Shown piece by piece: positions 1-10,219 of a stretch of 64,000 bases of DNA (position 1 is its first letter; every line of letters begins with the position of its first letter). This stretch comes from Eutreptiella sp. 'Long Island Sound 2002' (taxonomy: Eukaryota > Protista > Euglenida), in assembly GCA_964036045.1 (NCBI GenBank), contig OZ038378.1, forward strand, positions 145,080,001-145,144,000, read 5' to 3'. The position numbers and the translations under genes are program-made. The notes under the pieces are model-generated. The model ran no database searches. It was given only the letters and a program-made list of their open reading frames with translations, and was not told where the DNA came from.

Positions 1-649
1 AGCAACCACCCCAGCGGCCGTGAGCTTGGGCACCATGTACTTACAACATTCGGCCATCTCTGCCTGCCGCATCCATTGGAATTTCGGTGCAGGGGCTTTG
101 CACTTGCATCGCCCGCTGCATCGGCACACCGTCTCACACATGGCATCCTCCATGGCCAGCCTCTCAGCAATGTCCTGTGGATTGTATGCACCACCTCCTC
201 CATGTGCCACAACACCCTGCCACAATGGTCCCCAGACACCCTCCTCGTCAAGGCATCCTGCATGCTGTCCTCCATGTCCACCCGACGCCACCAACGGGCC
301 TTGCAGCGTGGTACGCAACCGGCACCAGTTGTATCCATATGGATTCTCCATTCCCCATGGTCGCCGCGTTGCTCCACCAAGTGGCCCACTATGCACGTGC
401 ATTTAAGCGGAATGCGGTCTCATTGACGAATGCACGGTCCCACGGCGGGACTGTCCGCCAGTCACCACGGGAGTACAACACCACCAACCTCCTCTCTCCG
501 TGACACCCTTGCCATCCTTGTACACGGGGTGCAAAGGGTGTGCCAAATTCTTAGACACGGCGAGGAGATATTCCAAAATCTCATCCTCTGTTTTTTTGTT
601 CTCCCTCGCAACCTCTTCCGCTGTGTACTCTCTTTCCGTGGAAGGTTCA

Positions 650-752
650 ACAGGGTTGGGCTAGGGCTTGGGTTTGCCTTTCGCGGACTTAGATTTGCGT
701 TGAGGTTTGGGTTGGGGTTTGGGTTCAGGTTTCGGTTGAGGTTGGGGCCCAA
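650..752. repeat. degenerate telomere-like (TTAGGG/TTGGGG-type) hexamer tract
   Basis: Run of agggtt/gggttt/ggggtt/aggttt hexamers. Similar tracts at ~27596-27610 and ~29240-29330. Confidence 0.4.
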
Positions 753-929
753 AAGAGGGGGGAAATGCTATGTCACTCCTGCATTCTCGGGGGTCCCCAA
801 CAAAAGAGACAAAATTGAAAGTCAAAACCTACGCTACGGGTCACCATGATGCTCCTAGTATCTCAAAGTGTGGGTCTCTAGTACATCCAGGCGCCCAAAA
901 AGCTGCACTGTGCTAAGTGCGCCCCCTTA
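752..929 (+). repeat. unclassified dispersed repeat, second copy at ~15018-15230
   Basis: Shared blocks ggaaatgcta-gtcac-cctgcattctcgggggtccccaa, gtcaaaac-tacgcta-gggtcaccatgatg, ctagtatctcaa-gt-tgggtctctagtac and gcgcccccttag at both loci. Confidence 0.7.
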
Positions 930-1449
930 GCACACCCCCTAAAAGGCCACTAGAGGGGCACGGGTCCAAAAAGATGCCCGGCGCGCGCCCGGCGCGCTAA
1001 CGTTCCCCCAAAACACCACAGATTCACTGCTGCAGCCCAAACAGACAAGTTGCACAGCAAAACACAGCACTCAGTAATTGCTGGCGACATACTCTAGTGT
1101 CTAAAATAGAAGACCAGTAGCTAATAAGCGACCAGGGTTGCCTGGCGGAATTTGATGTCGAACCTGGGGGGGTGATGATCCCCTATTCTAAAGGGAAAAA
1201 GTGCTCCAATCAACTTCAGTTTTCAATCCCGGGCCTTTCCGAACCAGCGGCAGCCCTGTTGCGACCATAGCGTCCGGGAAATTAGTGACCACGGCCGGCG
1301 CGAAACCCCTAAAATAAATAAGCGACCAGGGACATCTATTTTGGACACTAGAGTAACTCCTTCACCCGAACTTCAGTTCGGTGGCACTATGACGCGTACC
1401 AAACCTACCGTTGGTTGTGGTGTGGGGCTCGTCTTGGACTGCCCACCTA

Positions 1450-2050
1450 CACGCCATCTAAGATCGAGCAGGACCAGAGAGTGGTCCGATATAGGCATAT
1501 GGATGATGCCATAGTAATTCCATAGAACTTTGGGTATTCGTTGTCGGATTAGAATAGCATCTAGTTGGTGTGGCTTGCCATGGCGAAGGATGCAGGTGTA
1601 ATATTGTGCCACGTCATATTTAAATTCTTCCATAAGATGTTGTAGAGTGTCATGGAGTGAATGAATTGGTCCACCTCCGCCTTGTCGCGTGGGGTGAACT
1701 TTGAGTAGACACACACTACGGTGTGTCTAGGTCTGTGTGGGACCTGCAGGCATAGGGCCGTTGCGAGTCCCCGCGGGGTGTACACAATAGAGGCCTCAAA
1801 ATCAAGAATCCATCGGGGGATGGTTTTGTTGGGGAAAATAATGATTTTACAAGGGGTTGGACACCCAATGTCACGCCTTGGGGTATGCTACGCGAATGAC
1901 CCCCAAAAAGGGGGGGCTGTATGGCGTCCGCGCCTGCGCTTGATGAAACAACCTCTCTTCGAGGTGATTGATGTCTCTTCGATTCAAGAAAAGTGGCAAT
2001 TCGCAATGCCCAACAGCCTTGTTATGCTTCTCTTCAGAGAAGCAGGGGGG
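1450..2050 (-). pseudogene. decayed non-LTR retrotransposon AP-endonuclease fragment
   Basis: Frameshifted pieces: LNRRDINHLEE (ExoIII N-terminal E motif-like) and YYTCILRHGKPHQLDAILI...ISDHSLVLLDL (C-terminal SDH motif). Confidence 0.55.
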
Positions 2051-2399
2051 TTGTGCTAACTTTTTTGGTGAATGCCCCAACACAAGGGTGTTGTGCTATG
2101 TGTGGTGCACAAATGCTGAAATACAAGCTGTGTGCATTGATCAACGCTTAGGATAGGTTGCGTACAAAAATGGTCCATGTACAGAACGACATCTGGCACA
2201 AAAATTGGCTTGCTGGGGTTTAGTCATTGATTATTGGCAGGGTGTGGCGTGGCATGAAAAAAGGCCGTTGCCTGGCGGATGAATTGGCAACACCGCGAGT
2301 CCTGCAGCTCAAATGCCGTCGCCCACTATCGCCTGAAGGTCGCGTTCACAAGTGGCATCCCCCCCCCCCCCCCCGATCCCCACCGCCGTCCAACTTACC

Positions 2400-3620
2400 G
2401 GGTCTCCGGATGGGGGGATGGCGACCACCCTTTCGTCCAACTCACTGGAACTCCAATTAGGGAAATCCGCCTTTGAGTTCCCTGTTCCAGAACTCTAGCG
2501 GACCTCACCTTTGCATCGCCACTGCCCAACGTCAAATGACTCGTTTTATCCCCCAGCGCAGCATCATCTCCACCAGGCAGCGCTTTACCCGACTCAAAAC
2601 CGTCCACAGCTACCCCAGATTTGGGTTTCTGCGATAGAGTCGACACTTGGGCCGCTGGTTGAGGGGTCCTCGTGCTCTGCACCTTTTCCAAAAATACACT
2701 CGTATACTGTTGAAGCTGCAACACCCAACCAGTCTCAATCACACTGTTGGGGCCATACTTTATGAATTTTATGTCAAAACCTCGCATGATATGGCCAGAC
2801 CACAGTTCATAAGCCGTCAGGAGGTTCCATAATTTTTGTTGTTCACCCTCATGGGCAGGAAACACACTTGCCAGAGCTTTAGACACTGAGCCAGCACCAC
2901 CATCCATCGAGTTCAAGTGTCTCTAGGTGACATCTGCCGCGTCTCCTAGATACTCTGCCCACATGTCGAATACGTTGCTTGCAAACTTGAGCAAGACTTG
3001 GGCCTCTAGAGCATCTGACCCATCCACCACGACAGCAACTCAAATTACAGACTGGCAATAAAAACACAGCACGCACATTGCATGCCAACCAAACCTGCCT
3101 TGACAGTTGACACCCCTGTCTGTGTGGACATTCCGACGGCAGTTCAAAACCTTTGTTTTTATGCTAAAATCATCACTTTTGAACTGGCCCAAGTTCAAGC
3201 CTGTTTGAAGATTTTTTTTTTGGCGCATCCGCCAGTCCTCTGTACGGCCCCAGCTAGGGAGCAGAATCATGGCAACGCCACGGTCCACAATGGTTGTACA
3301 TGCTCGTCTGTCTGGGGCATTTTACAAAACATTCCCTCCAATTCCTAGTAGTGGTACGTGTAACCATCAGGGTATGCCCTACCGGCCACACATCTCAATG
3401 AGACGCTAGGACTTCTTAGTCATGGGAGTCATCTCACCTAGAATCGTCCCTCTCAAGTACTGCTCTTTCACTCCCTGGCTGAAGTAGCGCTCTCCTTCTC
3501 TCCAGACCCACGCAACATCCTTGGCATCCCCTGTCCCACTTCCCTCTTCTCTTGCCCTCTCGTCCTGTTAGCATCACCCAAACCATTCCCAGAAACGTTC
3601 TTGTGCTTGGTGTGGCTGCT
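2400..3620 (-). pseudogene. decayed LINE ORF2 C-terminal fragment
   Basis: CVLC...-like knuckle remnant. KLWNLLTAYELWSGHIMRGFDIKFIKYGPNSVIETGW resembles LW...RCDAKF...W in the intact ORF2. Multiple stops. Confidence 0.35.
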
Positions 3621-5437
3621 CCGGTTGTTGTGTCGGTGGCGTGGCAGGTCTTCTGGAAACGACCGTGTCCCTCCGGGTCCTCCTCAAATTATAAAACAGG
3701 CACGCCGGGTCGGTACGCCGGGTCAAGCCTGTTTGAAGTTTTTTGGGGGGGCGGGGGGCAAAGTGGGGCAACATGGGCTCAAACCAGGTTCAAAATACTC
3801 GTTTGACCTTTTTTTACCTACAGGTGACCCCACTGACCCTTACCCTCGCAGGTGCACAATGGTCCGCTCCTGTGCACAATGTTCCGCTCCTGGGTGCCAA
3901 GCAACACTACTGCAACACAATGGGACATTTCCTCCGTTGATTCTTTTTTTGCTCAGACTCACGTGTGCCTCGCAAGCGCTCAGTCAAACGGACCGGATCA
4001 TGCTGACAGTCTAAGTACAACAGATGTGTCCCGTGCAAAGAAATTCACATGCCGCTTGCTGCAGTGGGACGCATATTTGGACTCTGGATTCCTGTCACCT
4101 GAGTATGTAGCTGCACGTTAGCGTGTCGAAAATTCCAACAACCATCAGCCTGTAGTGTCCTGGCTGTCCTGGTCTGTGGCTATGATGTGGGTTCTCTGGT
4201 GGGTATCTTCATGGGGATCCTGTCTCTCGCGGGACGTTTCCTCTTCGATTCTCTTTTTGTCTAAGCCCAGGTGAGCTCGTTGAGCCCTCTCACCAGGTAC
4301 TACTCAAGCAAAGTCTTGGAAACAAGATGAGGTGACCCATCCCTTGATTCACAATGTCTTGCTAATCAATACTATTGCCAAGAAAGATTGACCTACAACA
4401 ACCTGTTGAACGCACAAATGGACACTTCCCCAAGGTAAGGGTAATGATAGGAAAGGAAATCCTTTTCACAGATTTTCACAAATTCACAAGGGTAATGACA
4501 CACTGCATTTACCTGTGAAGGTAATCTTCACTGTTGAATCTTGTAAGTGTTGGGTTACTGCAAATAGTCTCGTGTCTGCACAGCGCCTACTATGTCCCCT
4601 CAACATCGGAAATAGCTCATACGGTCGCAGCATGGACAAGAGCGACCGGCGTCAAATGAAAAATTTAGGGTGTATACTTGTGTTGTTCTGCTAGGGAAAG
4701 GAGAAACAAAGAGTTGTGATGCCACCGAAACATCTTCAGCAAGAGGGACAAACTCCCACAAGGAAAGTGGACCGGGGAAACACCCAGCCCATACCAGTGA
4801 CCTAGGCCAGAAAAGATTCACTTGTCTGAAATCTTAAGATGCACCTGAAGGTAATGTGTAATGTCAAAAGACGGGGGCATCATCAACGACTGGATTCATG
4901 CTGCTCCAATCCGCGACACACAATGACATGGTACAGATTGGTAAACTCCACTGGCTCTGCTCTGTATCCCCACAGACGCATGGTGACGATTCTCCAGGGT
5001 TGATTCCAGGTGACCAGGTGACAGAAGGACCAGCGTCGCCGAAGTGGGGTCCCATGACTGGCACCGCTGCAGGGGTGGCGGAGGTGCAGTTCAGGACCCG
5101 TTGAAGGCCTCGGACTTGACACTGCTGCAGCCCAGCCTGCCATAAGGCTAGCACAGTATCTAATTGTTAGTGTATGTGCCATCCACCACATTGATTTCCG
5201 GATACCTCCGCAGTGGTTGACTTGTGCTGTTTGTTTGTGGGTGCAATGTCATCAAAACAGGTGTTGACTCATGAGCAAAGCAGTGCTGCAATTTGTGGTT
5301 TTGGTGTGCATGCAGGCCCTGAAATTCCTTTGAAGACCCGACCAAGATCTGCGCCTCAAGCTAATACACCAAGCTCTGCTGATTCAAACATTCCAGTTCA
5401 GTCTTCTGATGCTTTGGACTTGTGCTTGGCCTATATA

Positions 5438-5538
5438 CCCCCCCCCCCCTTGTATAAGCTACGCCAATGTACGGAATTATTACAGTCCCTACGCCTACTG
5501 TAGCTTGGACACGGGCGTAGCTTATACAAGGGGGGGGG
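5438..5538. mobile_element. small MITE-like foldback with poly-C/poly-G ends, interrupted by the LINE (remainder 11919-11940)
   Basis: Inverted repeat C12-TTGTATAAGCTACGCC (5438-5465) / GGCGTAGCTTATACAA-G9 (5514-5538). TA lies before the C-run (5436-5437) and after the G14 run at 11941-11942. Confidence 0.7.
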
Positions 5539-5692
5539 TGTGAAGCAACGGATACTCAGCTACCATATGACCCCCGTGACACAGGTCATAGGTCATCGCC
5601 AACAACATTGTTCTACTGCACTGCAGCACTGTTTGTTCACAGACATAGCATTGTTCGCAGGTCACCTCACTCTGCCCTCCCCATGGCCCCGA

Positions 5693-8600
5693 TTAGCTGT
5701 ACCGACACCTCTTGGGCCAGTTCTCTGAGTTGTCCTCATTTAATTCCTCTGAAATGTGGGACCCCCCCGAGCAGTTTGAATCCGTGTCATACGAGTCAGG
5801 CATTTCCTGCAGTCCCAACTCCCCCCAGATATCCTGCACTGATTTTTGGTTCATGACACATTCATATGCCTTTCTCGCTCCCTTGGACGCCTTGGCGTCT
5901 GCATGCTCATTTCCCGTGACCCCCACATGTGACGGCACCCATAGCACATCGACATTGTCCCCTAGTAGCTGCCACTGCCCCCACAAATCCTCCCACAGAT
6001 CAACATGCGCCAGCGGTCCCCTGGAGCCCGCCCATTTGTGCCTGGACCACTTGTTGCATTTTCCTGTTAACCCTTTATACACCAGTTCCGAGTCTGTCAC
6101 CACCAGGAGAGGCCGTCCGGGGCATTTATGATATACAGCCCGAAGGGCTGCTCTCAGCTCTGCCCGAGTTATAGATTGCCGCTCTGTGTTCAATAGCGGC
6201 AGCTCCTCATTGCGAGCGTCATTGTCCCCAAACCACACACCATAGCCTGCATGATGCACACCACCTGTCTCCTGCTTGGACCCATCTACAAAAGCCACAT
6301 CCCATCCTTGCTGTGCTTTAGCGTCAATTCTCTGCAGCAGGCCCGGCAAAACCGATGCCCATTTTGCCTTTTTTGGCACTTGTACCCCCCGTCCTCTGAC
6401 AATTGCCCCCTGTGGCTGCATGGAGGGAAATGGCTGATCTCCATCCAAGAATTTCCTTAGACAGTTGCACAGATGCTTGGCCTCTTGCCTCACAAATGAT
6501 GACTGTGGTGCTGACGCCCACACCTCTACAAGTGTCATCCAGGCTACTACAAAGTCAGGCATTGCCACCGACAGCGATCTAAATTTTGCATCACATCGCA
6601 GGACCCAGGACGCTCTCGCCGCCGCCCATAGCGCCAGTCCTTGCGTGGTGCTCAGCGATAACAGTGGCTGAGCCACAAGCAACGTATCCATGGGGCACAT
6701 GGCCCCGTCTCGGCCCCATACCGGGCCAAAGGCTTTACGCACAATATCCACGGCCACTGGCCAGAATTTGCACGCTGCAAGCACATGTTTGATAGTTTCG
6801 GGTACAGAGCATAAAATGCAGTTGGGCTGATGATATGCGTGCTGCGTGCGCGCCCCCACTGCTAGCTTTTTCCACAGCGCCCTTGGCATGAAATCTCGTT
6901 GCGCCCCCGGTAGCTTGAGTTGCGCTAACTGTTCCCACACCTCTGGCTCCTGCCGTTTTTGTGGCGGCTCCAGCGGGCAAAGCAGTGCTAGCATTTTCTG
7001 ATTCGGTTGCGTCCACACTTTAGGCAAATCCTGCACCGGTAAAGCAAGCACTTGTGGTATTTTCGTCCGATACACCGGCGTCCATGTCGGAGGTAGTTTC
7101 ACCGCCGCCTGCAACTCTCCTCCCTCCACAATTTGTGCCAAAGTGCTAATCCCCTTGCGCACGAGACTCGGAGAATAATAGGTATGCCCCAATTTGTTTC
7201 TGAAGAGCACGTTGTGCCACAGCGGCATGTTGCTGGGTATTCCCACCAAGGGCGGAGCTGCCGCCCGCTGGCGCAACCGCGAAAACATGAGCACTGATGC
7301 TTGCAGCCACGTTCGCGCGCTCATTTTTACCACAGCTAGCTGCAGATATGGCAAGAAAGATGGCCTCAGGGACAGCCCAATTGACTCCGCCCACTGTTCG
7401 AAATTCGCTACCCATTGGCCTGAGAAGCACACTTTATCCTTTAGAACAGTTTGGAACAAGCGCCCATACTGAAATCGCACCCAGACAGCCAGTGGGTACG
7501 TCCACACTCCACCCTGGTTGTACGGCAGCGCCAACATCGCTGGGCTGAGGTCCCACGTGGAGATCCCCAAGGCAATTTTGAATATAACATTGAGAGTCGT
7601 CAACACCTTCTGTGATGGTTCATACACTTGTGCTGTTAACTGCACCACAGGCTGCACCCACACCTTGTAGATTTCAGCACGTTCCCACAGATCCAATGGT
7701 AATGTTTTCAGAAAAGTCGCCCTGGACTTCATTTTAGCCATTGGACCAGCATAAGCCTGCTCCGCATTCACCTGTCCAATTAAAACACCCAGGTACTTGA
7801 CTCTTTCCCGCACTTCCAACCCAACATAGCGCTCTGGCAACGGACCGCACACCCGTTTGAGTACCGCAAAAGACTTGGACGGATTGACATGTAGTCCCGA
7901 GAACTTCCCGAACTCATTGAGCAGACTCATAGCTCGTTCTGCCTGTTTCAGAGCTTCCTCATCCCCCCCAGGTATCCATATTAATAAGTCATCTGCATAC
8001 AGCATTAGCTGCGCTTCCGGACACCGTTTCCGGAACTGGAACACCAGGTAGACTGTTAGTAACGCAAAGATTGGCGGAGATAGTGGGTCGCCTTGGCGAA
8101 TCCCAGACTCCGGCTGCATGGAAATGCCAGGAACCACACCATTGTCCACACAGAACTGCACCTGTCCTGACAGTGAATGCACTAGAAGCTCTGTGATCTC
8201 AGTCGGCATTCCCAAGAACTGCATGCCTGCTGCAAAGAAGCTGTGTGATACTGAATCATAAGCTTTGGCGAAGTCCACTGACAGAAATGTGCCCTCTGTC
8301 TCCGAGTGCCACAGGCCCTTGGCGTTTATTATGTGCTGGAGCATTTGTCTATTTTTTAAAAACCCCTTTTGGGCTGGTGGCACTGCTACCTGCAACGCGT
8401 CCTCTATGAGGACTAGGATGGTTGTAGCCATCCATTTCCAAATCACCGTCTGTAATGCAATAGGTCGCATCTCGCCAACTGTGTCCGCTGCCCGACCCTT
8501 TGGTATATTTTGCTGCAAGCTCACCAGCCATTGTGCTGGCACCTGACGCTGTTGAAGACAACTTTTGATCGCCATAGTCATAGGAGGGATGAACACCTCT

Positions 8601-10219
8601 GCCATTGCTGAGTAGACCTCAACCGGGATCCCGTCTAATCCCGGCGACGATCCCTTCTTCATGCGCTCGAGCGCAGCCTGCACCGTGTCCTCGGACACTT
8701 CCTTTGTCAGCTTGGGCAATGCCTGTCGCACCCTGCGCGGTATCCCCAGACCTTCCATCCACTCTCTGCACTGTTCTACCGACTGGTCTGGTTTTTTCAT
8801 GACTTGCTCCCAGAATTCCTTAAATGCGGTCGCGATGTCTTGCGGTCGTGTGCAGTACACCCCCTGTTTGTTCTTGATACCATACGGCTGCCTCTTGGCT
8901 TGCAACTCCCTCAATTGCACATGTACCTTCCTCCGGCGTTCAGCCTGTGCAGCAGCCTCTTGCCGCTTGCTGAGAAGCTCCTCCTTGAGCATATGACACA
9001 GTGATTGCCTTTGAGAGTCTTTGGCCTCCCGGTCAGCATATACCACCAGCAACTGGTACGCCTGAGCTGATGTTTCAGGGCAGACCCCTTTGTCTGCCAA
9101 ATATTCCCACCCAGCCGGGACCACCCTTCCGGGGGATGACAATCGCAGAATGCCCTGTATCGGCAAGTGATCTTCTCGTGGATTCATTCGTCGCCACTGG
9201 ACCCCTTGCTCTTGAATGATTGCCTCAGCTTCTTTTTTTTTTTTTTTTTTTGACTGAATGACTGCCTCGGCTTCATTCCACCACTGGAACACATTTTGCG
9301 AGTCTGGCGCCTGCAATCCCTGCAACAGACCTCGTAGGTTGTCCACTGCTGACTGATCACTTAACATTTCTGTTGGGAACCGCAGACGCGGTTGCACCCT
9401 GCGCATCGGCGGTTGCTCAAATTGCACCACCACTGCCTTGTGGTCGGAAGCCACTGCTGTTGTGGTGTACACTCCTTGGACATATTCCCGTAGGGAGTCT
9501 GCCACATGCACCCTGTCTAGTCGTCTGGGCTTCCATCTCACCTCAGGCTTCTGCACCCACCCGTACGTGAACCCATTCGGGCGGTCATCACACTCGCCAT
9601 ACAGGACATCCCACGCATCATGCAACTTACACTTTTCCAGTACCTGGACCTCCTGCTGCCTAGCCTTGTCATTGAGCTGTGTTTTTAATTTACTTTCCTT
9701 CATTCCTTCACTGTCCACTCCCGGAATTATATGGGAGTTGTGATCGCACAGCGCGATCAGTGGGGCCCCTGCTGGGCTCAATCGCCTTCCAAGTTGCTCC
9801 CATTGTTTTTGTCGCTGAGGCGCATCGTGATGTAAATGCCCCGCGAGCACTTGTATGGAGTCCCCCGACACATGCTTGAGCACAGCTACAATAAGTCGAT
9901 GTCCAATGTACTCCGCCGACTGCAATTCCCACACTGGGGTCCTCCACATTAATAACACCCCACCACGCATGTTAGTTGGGGTCGGCACTGCCGCCAACCC
10001 ATACCCTCGCTTCTCCGCCCACAGCTTTTGCGAATCGAGCACCGGTTGTGTGGTGATATGGTGCTCCTGCACTGCCGCTATGTCCACATGATGCTGTCTC
10101 AGCATACGGATCAACACAACTTTACGCATTTCCGCCTTATCCGGTGGCTTCCTATGCCACCCATTGACGTTGGTGGTTACCGCCGCCCAACGTCGGCTCA
10201 TTAAGGAAAGAGAGATCAT
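5693..10219 (-). CDS. LINE ORF2 polyprotein, 1508 aa: AP endonuclease - reverse transcriptase - CCHC knuckle - RNase H
   Basis: APE: TTNVNG, VQEHH, DHNS, RLDRV, SDH. RT: SPGLDG, RPIAL, DFAKAYDSV, GIRQGDPLSP, YADD, SGLHVNPSKS, KYLG. Knuckle: CILC-x7-H-x4-C. RNase H: FVDGS, RAELRA, VTDSELV, WVPSHVGVTGNEHAD. Confidence 0.97.
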   Translation of the reverse strand: MISLSLMSRRWAAVTTNVNGWHRKPPDKAEMRKVVLIRMLRQHHVDIAAVQEHHITTQPVLDSQKLWAEKRGYGLAAVPTPTNMRGGVLLMWRTPVWELQSAEYIGHRLIVAVLKHVSGDSIQVLAGHLHHDAPQRQKQWEQLGRRLSPAGAPLIALCDHNSHIIPGVDSEGMKESKLKTQLNDKARQQEVQVLEKCKLHDAWDVLYGECDDRPNGFTYGWVQKPEVRWKPRRLDRVHVADSLREYVQGVYTTTAVASDHKAVVVQFEQPPMRRVQPRLRFPTEMLSDQSAVDNLRGLLQGLQAPDSQNVFQWWNEAEAVIQSKKKKKKEAEAIIQEQGVQWRRMNPREDHLPIQGILRLSSPGRVVPAGWEYLADKGVCPETSAQAYQLLVVYADREAKDSQRQSLCHMLKEELLSKRQEAAAQAERRRKVHVQLRELQAKRQPYGIKNKQGVYCTRPQDIATAFKEFWEQVMKKPDQSVEQCREWMEGLGIPRRVRQALPKLTKEVSEDTVQAALERMKKGSSPGLDGIPVEVYSAMAEVFIPPMTMAIKSCLQQRQVPAQWLVSLQQNIPKGRAADTVGEMRPIALQTVIWKWMATTILVLIEDALQVAVPPAQKGFLKNRQMLQHIINAKGLWHSETEGTFLSVDFAKAYDSVSHSFFAAGMQFLGMPTEITELLVHSLSGQVQFCVDNGVVPGISMQPESGIRQGDPLSPPIFALLTVYLVFQFRKRCPEAQLMLYADDLLIWIPGGDEEALKQAERAMSLLNEFGKFSGLHVNPSKSFAVLKRVCGPLPERYVGLEVRERVKYLGVLIGQVNAEQAYAGPMAKMKSRATFLKTLPLDLWERAEIYKVWVQPVVQLTAQVYEPSQKVLTTLNVIFKIALGISTWDLSPAMLALPYNQGGVWTYPLAVWVRFQYGRLFQTVLKDKVCFSGQWVANFEQWAESIGLSLRPSFLPYLQLAVVKMSARTWLQASVLMFSRLRQRAAAPPLVGIPSNMPLWHNVLFRNKLGHTYYSPSLVRKGISTLAQIVEGGELQAAVKLPPTWTPVYRTKIPQVLALPVQDLPKVWTQPNQKMLALLCPLEPPQKRQEPEVWEQLAQLKLPGAQRDFMPRALWKKLAVGARTQHAYHQPNCILCSVPETIKHVLAACKFWPVAVDIVRKAFGPVWGRDGAMCPMDTLLVAQPLLSLSTTQGLALWAAARASWVLRCDAKFRSLSVAMPDFVVAWMTLVEVWASAPQSSFVRQEAKHLCNCLRKFLDGDQPFPSMQPQGAIVRGRGVQVPKKAKWASVLPGLLQRIDAKAQQGWDVAFVDGSKQETGGVHHAGYGVWFGDNDARNEELPLLNTERQSITRAELRAALRAVYHKCPGRPLLVVTDSELVYKGLTGKCNKWSRHKWAGSRGPLAHVDLWEDLWGQWQLLGDNVDVLWVPSHVGVTGNEHADAKASKGARKAYECVMNQKSVQDIWGELGLQEMPDSYDTDSNCSGGSHISEELNEDNSENWPKRCRYS

